Below the pieces are notes generated by a model, which was given only the letters and a program-made list of their open reading frames with translations, was not told the origin of the DNA and did no database searches. A DNA stretch of 63,566 nt, counting the filler, from Choristocarpus tenellus KU-1152 (lineage: Eukaryota; Protista; Phaeophyceae): NCBI GenBank assembly GCA_964200185.2. It is 11 parts of 11 records of this genome, joined end to end, with 100 filler letters (N's around TTAATTAATTAA, not from the genome) between each part and the next. Parts side by side here need not be neighbours in the genome. Positions count along the whole stretch, not along the records: positions 1 to 6,299 come from CAXNAD020008448.1; positions 6,400 to 10,104 come from CAXNAD020018413.1; positions 10,205 to 17,845 come from CAXNAD020005832.1; 8 more parts are not named here. One strand, written 5' to 3'. Positions 1-12,967 of the stretch are shown piece by piece. The translations under genes and the position numbers were made by a program. Every line of letters starts with the position of its first letter. The stretch's first letter is position 1.

Positions 1-399
1 GTAGTACGTCTCCTCTGTTGCAACCTGCAGGAAGGAGGCTCGTCACTATTAGAGAGGGCACACTTCTGACTATCCTTGCAGATTAAAGATCATTATCCAC
101 GCGCATAAAGCCTTCTAAATGGTGGAAGCTCTGTGAGTCGCGAGGTTTCTCAGTGACCTAGAATGTTTCCCACCTCAGGAATTGTAGCTTGTACTCATTA
201 GTAAGCAATGGCTAAAATATAGGTTGATCACACCATGAAACTAAGGTTATTTAGGTTGTCATGCAGAGTACAACACGGGATACCTTCCCAGGGCGCGCTA
301 CGTCACGTGCTTCTTTATGGGTGTCACTTCACATGCAACATATTAGGGTGTCAAGGTTGACATATTTGCACCCAGAATTGCCCATTAATTATTCTGTAG

Positions 400-3300
400 C
401 ACACCAATGCCAGGATCCACAGCACCAGCGGTGTTTTGGGTCTTGCAGCCCTTCCAAGTCCTTGCGATAGACTAACCATTGCTCTCGAACACCTCCGCAA
501 CTCGCTTTATGTTAACCTGCATCAAGGAGCCCCTCTTGCTGCCTCGAAGCAGCTCCAGAATTGTCCTTCTTTCAATCAGCAGAAGATTTTCCCTTTGAAC
601 ATCTCGAATATCTTTCAAGCAGTGCATGGGCCTGGTGTGTGACCGGAAGAGCTCTGACCAAGGAATTCAAATCGAGGTCTTGGTTCCACCCTTCCTTGGC
701 ATGTTCTCTGCCTTCCACAAACTACAAATGCCACTTGAATGTGATCATTGAAGAGTCGAATCAGCCAGTGCTCTTCACAATGGTGGAATTCATTTGAAAC
801 AAATAGTTGAAGGGAGTAAGTTATGCAATGTGATGTCCAAATCATAACTATATCACCAGACAGGTAGTAATACTTGAGAAAACAAAATAGACAAGAAAAA
901 AAACGAAGCAACTCGCACTTGACTTCAAAAGAATAAAAAACCGTCATGAGCTCCTCCTCCTCCTCCTATTTTGCTTTCACAGAAAAATTATAAAACCAAT
1001 TTCTAACAGTCTTGATCGTTGGTATAGTACAGGGAGGAGAGTAGTGTGCAAAAAAGGGGCCGGACTGAATCTGCCGTCGTAGTGATGGACATGTCCGTGC
1101 GTCCCTAGTTTGACAAAAAAAAAAACAATTACATACATGTGGGAGTAGGAGGAAAGTCAGACACAGTAGTGTAGCCCGCTCATAAATATATATTCATAGC
1201 CAGACCAACTGTGCTTACTGGAGAAATGAAACCGAAACTATCTTACTGAAGAATTACACTCTATTTCACGATCGAAAAAGGATACATACAGAGCTGAAAG
1301 ATTATTCCTTTCTTTGCGTGATGCATACGTACACATGGCAGCTCTCACCAATCACATATTAAATCCACAAATAAAAAAATCAAATTGAAGAACGACCAAA
1401 AAATGTCCTTCAAAGAGGGGTCGCTCACCAGGCTAAAGAGATGTTGAACCTAGTGTTGTGTGTGTCACGATTTTTCCAACTATATTTGCGATTTCATCCA
1501 GCTGTGATCCACCAAGAAGGGGTCAGGAGTAGCTTGGGGGTAGATAAAAATCTGCTTGTCAGTTCAATGTCCATCTCAATGCAGCTGAGATCAGTGCCCT
1601 CCATAACGTTTGACAGAATTCATAGGGTAAGTTCACATGAGCTAAGTGTGCCTTGAAGCATTGGTGAATCCGACCAGTTATTGCTTTGGTGCTTAAAACA
1701 TTGGGAACCATGTGCGAGATTGGAAGGTTCACTTCCTTCCGAGGTCTATAGGGTGAACTTTGTTTGAACCCTTCATGCCCCATGGTGCACCAAAGTGGTT
1801 GCTGCGTTGTTTGAAACGGACCTTCAGCATGAGGTCACGGGTGTCCACAAGCACACTGGGGTCTGCTAAATTGTGAGTTGAGAGCACAGTTCGGCTGGCC
1901 AAGTCTAGCATCATCCCAGATTCTCTTAATGCCAATATTAGTTTCCTTACGACTTTATGCCGAGAATTCTCTGCAGATATGATGAAGGTATTGCCAGGTG
2001 AGTACAGCGCTGATCAACCTAGAGAAGAAGAATACTGGCACCGAGGACGCTGAGAGACATATGTGGTAGCGGAGGGGTAAGCCGAAAATCTCCGTGCCTG
2101 TCGGGTCGCCACACTTGAGATGAACTGTCTTCAAATGGACTGTGCTCTATCTTTGCACGAAAGAGGTTGCATCTCTACTCCTTGGGACGGTGCCCATGTC
2201 CATCGACTTGTTTTGGAGAGAGGTTAGGGCTTCGAGCATCATGTGCACAACTCGAGGAGGATGCTGTCTTGTCATGGGCACTAGCGTCCCTACAACATAG
2301 GGATGCCACCAGAAACCCATAAAAATATGCGTCCCTCCCTCCACTTTATATGCTGTTGTTTCGCTAAGTGTCATTTTTAGTAGCATAGGAGGATGATTGA
2401 ACATCCACCTCTACTCAGACCCACACTATCAACCCCATTTTAGGGGAGACTAGGTGTATTCAGCATCATACCACTCCATTCCAAGTCACGGTGCTCAAAA
2501 CGTGTAAACCTTGCTGTGGTGATTGAATCACACACTCAAAATTCCTTTGCAGTCTGACTTAGTGTGACAAAACTCAGTTTCACTCATCCACTCTCCTTCC
2601 CTCCCCCACCAACCCACCGTCATTCCCGTGTACCTCTTCCCACCTCTTGCCCTTGAAGTTCTACATCTTACCCTCTTCTTAACCTCACCCTCTCATGGCA
2701 GTGTAACGCTTATGTTCATTGATATTGGTGGTGATAATAGCACCGCAATAATAACACCTGTATATATAATGCACCTCTGCCATACATTTCAAATTTTCCT
2801 TTTGAACCCCACTTCCACTGTGGTGCACCAAGAGGACTGAGGTGCGTCAGGGACAAAAGATGAACCCCTGTTCTTTCGGGGTAAAGATCATCGAGGAAGG
2901 TTATTAGTGCTCTCTGGAACATCTTTTGCTAGGACTTACTATATACCCTGTGTCAGAGGATAGCATGGGGTGTATTGGATAGAGTACACTGAGGTCTCCG
3001 CATTTTGTGCCAACAGATATCATCGATCGGCTTGCAAAAGGAATGGCACTTCCCAATTGCATCAAAAGCCTCAATCGCCAATATTGCATTGAACTAGCCC
3101 TGTAGATGCCCATTACCCCCCTAGCATGCGCTATATGGCTTGATTTGGTGCTGAAAGCGTTATAACCAGCTCCTAGCACAACCTTTGGGTATTTTAAAAC
3201 CTATATTTCCACCACACTTGACTTGTGGCACACCGAAATTTTTGTTCTGCAAATTGAAACAAGCTCTGGCACGGGGCAAAACTTGGGTGCAAACGCACAG

Positions 3301-6270
3301 ACGTCTGTGGACTGCACCAGGGGAGGACAATGTTTCACGTACCAAGTTTAGCACTTTCAGATATTGCCTTTGAAGTAAGTGTACACAGCGTCAATATTTG
3401 ATATTACGATGTACTATATGGAATTTGGTGCGGATGGCTTTAGGTGTTGATGAAGATTGGAGGAACATTTGTTCATGATCAGGTGTACAACATGGAATTT
3501 GGTGTGGATGGCGTTAGGTGTTGATGAAGATCGGAGGAACAATTTTTCATGATCAGGAGGTCAAAAACGATGTGATGCAGTTGAGGAGTCAGCTGAGTCC
3601 ATGCGCCCATAAAGATGTTAACCCTGGGATGGGACAATTTTAACACGGATTTTGCTTCACCTTGTAGGGAATAGGATGCAGTTCCAAGCCTTGTAACATT
3701 GGGCATTGATCAAGCCCCATGGGATCGGTTGGGGGTACATTGAGAAAAATCTGCTGAAGTGGAAGGCAGATACAATCTGAACATGACGAACAACCTGACT
3801 ACATACTTGGACATGGGGGCACCACCAATGACCAAAGTGATCTTGTGTCATCCCTTCTTTCTAATTCTGCTTTTTGTCTTATTTCTCGGCAACGTTTCGA
3901 AAAAGGTGTATGAGAATACATTAATCTTCACTCCGACACCCTTCACTTAAGGGATACCATCGCCGCACTTACAGGTGCAGTCAACACAATATCTTCCCCC
4001 TTCAGGACATCGAATACAAAATGCGCTTGTGTATGGAGGGTGCAACATGAGCTTGAACAAAACAGAGGCGCAGTAATACTTCATAGGCAAACAAATGATA
4101 TGCGTAATATATTCAACCTTTCCTGTAGGCAGCATGTGAATCTCTTCATAAACTCAGTATCAGACCATACCACGGTTAGAAGAAAACAAACCAGTCAAAC
4201 ATATTTGGGTTGGCAAAGGCTATGGCAGTATGAAGTACACCACTGATGTGGAGACACAGTGCTGGTGGTATAGGCTTAATACAACATACCATTACTGGGT
4301 TATTTTCACAGATATTTCTACCTCTACTTCCCTCTTCTATACATTAATTGAGCCAGTTGCTCGAGGGCAGCTAGTGGATCAATTCAATCTCACCTTCGCG
4401 GCACGAACCTCTCCATCATGGACAACTTGATACACCTGCAGAGTCATTACCACACAACAGAAAGCGATACGGATATGGATGTCATCATCGGTATCTTCAA
4501 CAACAAGATCGGTGCACTGTTTGACAGAGTTATGCTCAGCAGTAGTGTTGACCATTAGCATTTATCAATATTTGACCTCCAATGGAAGTTATCTATTTAA
4601 TGTTCGCGCAGTTTCACTCCATTACGTCCATTTCCTATCCTAGCACAAGGTTTGCACATCATGCCTTTAGTCAGCGCAACCTTCGGTGCACTTTTCTTTT
4701 TGCTCTATAACTGAGAGCCTTAAGTTCCATCTACTTAATTACTTTTATCAAAGAGACACACACTTCCCTGTTACACCCCTTTAACACAGTAGTTTGATAT
4801 TTCGAAGCAGGGAAAGCAAGAAATGGAAGAAATTTGTCAGCAGAAGAAATAATTCCAAAAGGAATAAAGCGCATATATTACACTCGCTTGTAACATCCTT
4901 GTCCATCAAACACTAAGCCTAATTTGCTGCAGAACATCTATTGTGCACAAAACCCTTGGGTCCATAGGTCCCATATTCTACATTGTCCTCGACAATGAAT
5001 GTGGTCATTTGCTCAAAGACCTGTTGTTCTGACAGGGCTTTGTCGTGTACTGGTTTAGCAATATGGTGTTGGGTTGGGTTATTTGAGAGTTACGTCTTCT
5101 GAGGTGTGAGATACTACAAAAAATAAATACGATCATGATACAATGGGTGGGAGGGGAGAAGTCACAAAGAAGGGTAACATTTCTTAAATCAACAAAGTAT
5201 GAGCAACTAGTAGCTATCGCTAGACACAAGGCTATGGACATTTTCTATCACCAGATACCTCCACCTTTCCCTTCTACAAGTGGTCCAACTACGCAGCCTA
5301 ACACTGTTGAGATAATGTCAGAACGTGATTTGTTCTATTTTATGGTCTCCGGCAGAGCCCTGGCCTGTGATATTCTCAGTAGCTTGGAATTCCCTGCTGT
5401 GTCACTTTGAAGATGAAAATCATGCATAGGCCACAAAACGTTACTAATGTACGTTTTGCTTTCCACCTGCACTTTGCTTCTGCAAGGAAGGCAATTAAGC
5501 CCCCAGGCACAGCCCTCCCACGATCCTGTCCTCTTGGTGCAGCTGGAAGATCTTCTCCTACTCTTTCAACCCCAGCACAAACACCCTGGATTCATCAAGG
5601 TACACTCCCTCCCGGCATTGCTAGAGCATAGTGGCTACTAATTGACCAAGGTTTCCCTGTTCTTCCCCCTCCTGACACAGTCCCTCCACTCTTACTCACG
5701 CACAGGTCTGTGTGACTGAGAGGTCTGCAGCACTGCATCTCGATCACCGAAAGTAGGTAGCAACCCATAGTGGTTGCTACAACTGAAACACAAGAGTACT
5801 CAACAGGATTCTCGCAATATCTTCATCTGAGTGACTGGGATTCTGTACACGGGTGATCTTCTGTTCAAAAGTGTAAGGAAAGAGTTGCTAAGTGAGTCGA
5901 CAAGACTTTCACGTCCGTCCCTCTGGTTGCACTAATAAGAATGTGAATTCCGCAAACTAACTTCTGTAATCAACCTTTTCTACGCATTGGGGGGTACCAG
6001 AAAGGGGAGTTCTTATCCCCATGCACGCACATAGAACGATGCCAATACTCTCACATTTTCCGTTTCAAGTGATAGGAAGTAGACCACAAGAACTAGGTTT
6101 GGTCAGTGGGACAATCGCCTAGAAACTCCACTTCCTTGCGGCTAGAGAGGTACTTGGAAAGGCAAGTGCGACCACAGCAGCAAACTGTACTAGACTGCTA
6201 AAGAGTATTGGTCACTGAGGGTACTGATTGTCACTGAAGCCAAATATACCTGAGGTATTCTCGCCTGCCC
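400..6270 (-). mobile_element. Degenerate Ty3/gypsy LTR retrotransposon (gag-PR-RT-RH-IN, possible chromodomain)
   Basis: Frameshifted minus-strand remnants in gypsy order: protease-like LMVNTTAEHNS (~4550), RT motif 'PEGGRYCVD' (~3990), 'PWGLINA' (~3715), integrase-like 'SMDMG' (~2200) and a chromodomain-like tail at ~680-740. Many stops; boundaries approximate and LTRs not resolved. Confidence 0.75.
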
Positions 6271-6273
6271 AAT

Positions 6274-6569
6274 GGCTCAAAGTATCCGAGGGGGGGGGGN
6301 NNNNNNNNNNNNNNNNNNNNNNNNNNNNNNNNNNNNNNNNNNNTTAATTAATTAANNNNNNNNNNNNNNNNNNNNNNNNNNNNNNNNNNNNNNNNNNNNT
6401 GGGGTGTGTGTTTGTGTTTTCAGCTTTCTATTTGGGTTTAATATTTTCATGTCGTGATTTTTGTGTTATTTGGTTGCATACGTCGGATGGATAATGTAAA
6501 TGCACTTTTCCTTATTTTTGACCAAATGGACACCCTGGTGTAGACCCCCCTCCCCAAGATACTCTGGGT
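6274..6569. mobile_element. Type-A Sola-like MITE ends on either side of an assembly gap
   Basis: GGCTCAAAGTATCCG+polyG before the gap; conserved MITE core and CCCCAAGATACTCTGGGT after it. These may be two different copies. Confidence 0.75.
6300..6399. other. Artificial contig linker N-TTAATTAATTAA-N (also at ~10105, 17846, 24059, 37940, 41022, 45394, 53519, 56279, 60180)
   Basis: Identical 100-nt N-padded spacer with stop codons in all six frames, repeated ten times. Confidence 0.97.
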
Positions 6570-6642
6570 TATATTCGGTTTTTCCGCACTTCATCTCTGA
6601 CGAAAAACGCCTCCAAAATTTCATGTTTGTATCCCATGTGAT

Positions 6643-6643
<1 letters not shown>

Positions 6644-6697
<54 letters not shown>
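6644..6697. repeat. (CA)n microsatellite
   Basis: Seen directly. Other SSRs: (TAAATA)n ~7521, (CATA)n ~59260, (CAC)n ~61237, (TA)n ~62250, (GA)n ~63294. Confidence 0.95.
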
Positions 6698-6702
<5 letters not shown>

Positions 6703-7730
6703 AATGTACAATGTCAATTCTCAAAAAATTTCGTCTCCAAGGGGGTCTCTCACTAGCCAGGGGATTATTTTCTGGTGGCTACTCTACTCAACGGCCACAC
6801 GCGATGACCCAGACGAGAAGGATTGTTATTTCCTGGGTACTAGTGTAATTAAAGAGTTCAAATGATTATGTAAGCATAAGTCGAATAATGCTCTCAGTTC
6901 GCTGCTCCTTGTCTTGCTCATTGAGACATACACACATGCACCCTTCTCCATCATGACATGTCCTATAACCACCACACGCTTGTGATGCATAGTACCACCC
7001 ATCCAAGCTGGCTCTATTAAGATATCTTGTATGGCAAGGGAGTACCTCCAACCATATACACTACTGAGTACTCTGGGAGAGTATTCTTTTGTAGGGGAGG
7101 AGTAGAACTCTAGTGTTTAGCCACAGATTAGATAGAGATGTGTGAGAATTGCTAGGTAGAGACTTTGTGTGATACTATATCACCTTGCTCCAAGCCCTAA
7201 AAAAAGAGTAAGAGTAGATGCAATAGAACTTAATATTTTGTTTTTATACACGAGAACAGAAAACAACTGTTGCAACTGCTAGAAATCAAACACTCTCCAA
7301 ATAAGAAAATGAAAGTGCTATGGCACAAACAAAACATATCTTTCCCTGTTCCTATATATATGTATATATGTACCTCTCCTTGTCAATACGTTGGTGAAAT
7401 CTAAGATGTATACAAGAAATAAAGAAGGTACAGGAGTTACCGCCCTTCCCGTGTAAGGCCCTTTGGGGCTCTAATAGTAACGCTACATAATACTGCCATG
7501 ACATTACATCAAAAAGAGAAATATAAATATAAATATAAATATAAATATACACGCCATGGTGAAGTAGTACTACTCATCTCTTCCAAGATACCCCAGAGCA
7601 CGAAAAGAACCAAGAACACACCAACGTGCTTCAATTTATGTTTCACCCTCCCGCTCCCTCCTGTTCCCCTTCCCTTACACCGTGAACGCCTCTCAGCTTC
7701 TGTTTCCGTTGCATTTATGACCCATCTCAC

Positions 7731-9933
7731 CTCAAAACGAACAATCAAATATAGGCGCATGTCCCTTCTTCGCCAGGTTGCCTGGATGGTGGCAGCGGCA
7801 TCCTCCCGTTGCTGGCGTATGTGTTCTTCCACGGCCAATTTACTCTGTCAAAAAAGTTTTGTGATCATGAGGGGGTTGAGGTTTCAACACTGGGAGCAGG
7901 GGCATCAAGGCTGTGCTAGGGTGAGGTTTATTTATTTTCTGATTATTGTCAACCTTGCACCAGGACTCGTGTGTAGTTCTCTATGCTTTAGAATGCATAC
8001 TTTGGTGTGAATCAATAAGGCTAGGTTTGTCAATAATTGTGGGTACAAGGGAGAAAGTGGCATTTCACATTGGGAGGTCTCAGTAGGCCCGGCGTTCACG
8101 GCTCTGTTCTTACGAGCACAGAATATATTCAGGTGTTCTGCTCTGGTTGCACATCTTTCTTCACACAACGGAATTTGGTGCACTGGAGGGGGAAAAAAAA
8201 GTTTGAATATTTCTTTATATTTTTTGGAATAATCGTTGTCATTGATTGCTGAGTCCGTTTTATCCCCCCACAATAACCCAAATACTTTACATGTGCAAAG
8301 AGAGACCGAGTGCCGTCCCATAGAAAGAAAAAACAATATCACATACCCACCCACCCATGCACCCATGCACCCATGCACACACGTATGTACGCACGCATTA
8401 CATTCACACCTTCAACGCCTGCTGGTGGCGTGCGACAATGCGAATTATGGTGAAGTACATGTCCATTCTGCGGCGATACCATAGCTGGATTTTGTTGGCA
8501 GCTGCATTCATCTCTCGTAGCGCTTGGGCCTGATGAAGACATATTCCCGGAGACGTAATGAGGTGATTGAGTGACGGGTAGCCTAATGAAAAAAAGTACG
8601 CCTTTGGCCTTATGCAAAGAAGGAAGGGGCGGTTGTGGGCACTGCACTTCTGTGATGTGCGTTGCCTTTGATCAATTACCGTTGACCTAGTAGCCAATGG
8701 GCATGAAGAAATAGAGATGGGTATTGTTTTGCAATAAGATCGTGCCAATGTGGGGGCACCTACTTGTCCAGAGTTGACTCCAGTTTTTTGAACACAGTAG
8801 ATTGGTAATATTGATCTATAACTGCCGTCGTTGACTGTTGATGCCTAAAATCGTTGGGAAAAAAATGTTATGCTCTCGAGGTTGTAAGTATGAAGTAAAT
8901 CATACCAAAAACATTTGACTTACTCAATTCTAGCAGAACATACATCGTGCATACCTTCAAGGAAATAATCAACCAATCGGAACACTTTGATTTTGGTACC
9001 AATTATTCCTTGATATTTAATCGTTACGATTTACAACCCTAAGCCTGTCAAACCACACCAAACCTACAGTCACAGGGGTGGAAGTATGGGACTGGAGCAG
9101 AAGAAGGGTCAAGGAGCAGATACTGCCAAGGTATTTGAGGAGAAAGAGTGTATGACTTCCGATCAGGCATCCTGCACAGCGCTTCAACAGAGGTACATCA
9201 TGCAGTCACTCGCCTCGGCAAGAATGATCTTCCGCACGGCAAAACGCGTTTCTAGTTCCTTAGCACCTCTCCTTCGCCGACAGAGGACTTGGATCTGCCG
9301 AACCGCAATGTCCTCCCTCCTTTCCCGTTCTTCCCGTGTCCTCCTCACTCTTGTAGCCATCTCTCTGCGAAGTCTTGAGGCCTTCCATCCCCTCTTCATC
9401 ATCGACACCGCGCGGTGCTGCCGCTCCAACATCAAAATTGTTGCCCGAGCTCGGAACTTCTGCTCCAGCACTTGCATCCACTGCGTATGGCGCCACAACT
9501 GCTGCAGAGTCACGATCGCCTTCGTCTGTACAGCCTCCAGTTCTGCCGCAGCTCTCTCAAGCTCTGCCCAAACAGCAACATCCTCCCTTTCCTCCCGTGA
9601 GGGATCTCCTTTCCGGATTTTCTCGCTGCTGCTAAGACTACTGGCGAGCGATCGTCGTAGACGCATCTGTGCAATGACTTTGTCTGGCTCCACAGCCTTG
9701 CCCAGAGCCTGGTAGTCCTCGAGCCCCGAGCACTGGCGAAGTGTCCAGGATGTTCTCGTATGGACCAGAACGGAAGCTATCAGTTGCCGACGGTTATCTT
9801 CGTCAAAGTCAAGGCGGGCTCGACAACGCCTGAAGCGCTCCCAAAGACGGTGACGGGCCATTCTGCGGAGGGCCCATTGCTGGATGACATTGGCCGCTGC
9901 CGAGCGCTCCATCGCTCTGCGCCGTGCTGTTAC
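7731..9933 (-). CDS. IQ calmodulin-binding repeat protein, partial (exons 9933-9214, 8529-8410, 7844-7731)
   Basis: Phase-0 exons with repeated IQxxWR-type motifs (AANVIQQWALRR, IVTLQQLWR, AANKIQLWYRR, AATIQATWRRR). The first intron uses a GC donor (gag|gcgagt). Confidence 0.8.
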
Positions 9934-10010
9934 CTGAGTAACAGAAGAGGAATGGTTGAGCTTTGTAGGGTGGTAGCATTTTTTGTTAGCAATGAGGGGG
10001 AAGAGGAAGA

Positions 10011-10043
<33 letters not shown>

Positions 10044-10319
10044 CGGCGGGGGATAAAAAAGGTTTTTTTTTTTTGGGGGGCCCCCTGGTTAATCCCCAAA
10101 ATTTNNNNNNNNNNNNNNNNNNNNNNNNNNNNNNNNNNNNNNNNNNNNTTAATTAATTAANNNNNNNNNNNNNNNNNNNNNNNNNNNNNNNNNNNNNNNN
10201 NNNNGGTTTTTTTGTTGCAAAGTTCGGTTGAAAATTTTAATTGACTTTTCCCGGGTTTTGCCCAAATTGGCCCCCTTGTGTTGGTCCCCCCCCCCCCCAG
10301 ATACTTTAGGTCTCATCGC

Positions 10320-11340
10320 TGTTGGTCAGTGATTGTTTGGATGTTATCAGCCCTCACTATACGTACCCTCCCGCTTCCAAACCACAAAAACAGCATTTTA
10401 AGTACTACTGTGGACAAGAGTCACGCTCATGGATGAAGACGATGAGCCAGGGTTCATCTGTTTACCATCTACTCAGACCGACTTCTCAGAACTCACTCGG
10501 AGAGACGTTTCTCACGGGTCAAACACTGCAAAGCATATTCCACCAACATCGTGAAGCAAAGCAAATTTAACCTATTGTTACACATTGGCACAGTACACTA
10601 TGCATTATGTGAAGATCCCGCAGTTTCAGGTCATCTCCTCCTGAACTTTCAAACCTCCAGACTCCACAAACTTTTGCTAAGGGCACACTTCCATCTGGAA
10701 GACATAGCATGAAGCATTATGCACATTTCGGTGGCAAATGTGCACATATCGAGAGCACTACCATATTAGGTGCCTGTTCCACACCCACCTCCTCTGTAAG
10801 TGAGAGGTTGAAGCATGCATTCCACTGCACCTCTGCCGCCTTACCCGGAAAACCCATGATCTGGGCAAACATTGGATTGCACCCGTACAGTGGTATATCA
10901 GTTTTCCTTACAATACTAAGAATAGCGGCGCTGAGGAGAAGGGTAATGAGAGGGTAATATTCTCCACAACGTAATCCCTGTGCTTTTGGACATATGCTAT
11001 CAATCATATAAGGAGAGTGTCCTGAAAAGAGTCAAGGTTGTTTAGCAATTATCACACCTGGACGGGGCTGTTGGAGAATTCCTTACAACCCTCAGGACTT
11101 GCACCAACTGGGGGCTGATATGACTTCTTTTCCTCCTGCAGGTGTTAACAAGTAGTGTCTTTTTCCATAACATTGATGCACGAGAACATCCACACAGGGG
11201 CCACATATTAGACGAGTGATAAGATGAACACAAGGTACACTTGTGTCACTCAGGTGACAACGTGAAGGACGTTGACCACATTTGCAGCAGAGAGTCAGGT
11301 GAAGAGAGAGATACTTCCTCCTCCACCCTCCACTCCCCAA
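10320..11340 (+). mobile_element. Probable degenerate non-LTR retrotransposon 3' part (CCHC knuckle plus restriction-like endonuclease)
   Basis: 'KCAHIESTTILGAC' resembles CxxC..E..HILxxC, followed by decayed PD..D-like sequence; heavily disrupted. Confidence 0.4.
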
Positions 11341-12967
11341 TATATATGTACATGTAGGTTGGTAGATACCAGAGTATCTCGGCGGGGGTGCTGGCGTCCG
11401 TTTTTCACCCTTTTTTCGATTTTACTTTTTGGTGTGATTTGGTCGCACGTGTTGGATTGGAAATGTGGTCAAAAAAAAGAAGACTGTTGGTTAGGTTCCC
11501 TTCTGTCCTTGCGTACGCAAGAGGAATGGGAATATATGCCACCATTTATTTGGGCTTAATTAGGAGTTTCGATGTTTGTATGTGTTGGATTTCGAATGTG
11601 TTCAAACAGGCTTATGTCAACATGAATGTTGGTTGTACAGTTAGGATGAAGAATGAGAAATATATCATTGGTTGTTTCAGGGTTACTGGTTTATTTGGCT
11701 GCCTGAGTGGGATTTGGTCAGCACATAAAGAGGGCTGTCGGTTAGGGTGTTAGGGTTACCCAGTGTTAGCACGAGGAACTGAAAAAAAAGACCATGGACT
11801 GTTTCGAGGTTAGTTTTTTCGTGTATTAGCTTGCATGAGTCGTGTCTGGTATGTACAAAAAGAGGACTGTCAGTTAGGGCCTGTTGTCCCGGTGTGTGTA
11901 CGAGGAATTAATAAAAAAACATGTACTGTTTCAAATTTAGAATTTCGTTTAATTTGCTTACATGTGTCGGATTTAGTATGCACACCAATGGGGTTGTCGC
12001 TCAGGGTGTTAGGGTTTAAGTTGTTGGCATGAAGGAAGGAAAAAGGATCAGGTTTTCCATTCGGATTAGTGAATTGTTTCTTTGATGTAATGTGTCGACA
12101 GATTCTGGATGCGTTCACAAAGTCTTAATGGTCAAGGTCTATTGTCGTACGTTTCGCTGGGTGTATCTCAAGATATACAACCCTTGATTCTGGGTTAGGG
12201 TTCGTGGGTTAAATAAATCCTGATGAGATAGGATTGTTTTGGTGTAAGTAGGGTCGATGACGGCACTGGTACGTAATTCAAGTAAGACTCTTGTCTATTT
12301 TAGGTTGGCACGGGATGCAGATGGGCTCAGCGTAAGTGTTAGGGTAAGGATATGGTTAGTGTCTGTGTGTGGGGGTGGCGATCCAGGACATTCGTCGAGT
12401 TCATGGCACATGTTTGGGATAGGCTCAGGGTTGGTGTTGTGGTTAGGAGCATCGGGCGTGGACTTCAGTATATGATCGTCCAGGATTTTACGGAGGATGA
12501 CATCGGCCCTCGTTTGTCGGCAATTGGACAAAGCATGAGATGGTGCATAGAGTATTGAGAAGCAGGGGGGAGGTAGGCGGTAGAGTTCACGGAATAATTA
12601 GCGGCTGGTAAGAAGACAAAACGTATCCATCACAGGCCTTAACGAATTGATAGGAAACTTAGTCGATAAGATGGAGAAGAGTTGTTTAAACAATGTTTTA
12701 TATTTTAGTAGTCTGAACCTTGTATTGGACACTCTATGTTAAACAATAAGAACACAGGTCTAATCCTTAAGACGAGTATCATGTGTGATACACTGACACC
12801 TCTGACTGGTAGCGATGTATCCGATACTACTGTGTAAATGCGTAACCCATTGAATGGAAACTGCATGAACATGGTAGTCGGACACCAAGGCAAGTTACAC
12901 TGATGCACAAATCAGACACAATTATCTCGATCCGTACTTCAACAAAAAAACTGAAACGACAGAAGCC

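Noticed and set aside
3947-4135. 'CTCKCGDGIP' resembling a SWIM finger of a Mutator transposase
   Set aside because: Its position and the preceding GRYCVD fit the decayed gypsy RT motif better.
6344-6355. Recurrent TTAATTAATTAA motif
   Set aside because: Always centred in N runs; it is an artificial join, and ORFs running into it are artefacts.
9086-9715. Long plus-strand ORFs (also 16701-17384 and 16658-17128)
   Set aside because: Antisense shadows of the minus-strand IQ exon and the cargo gene.
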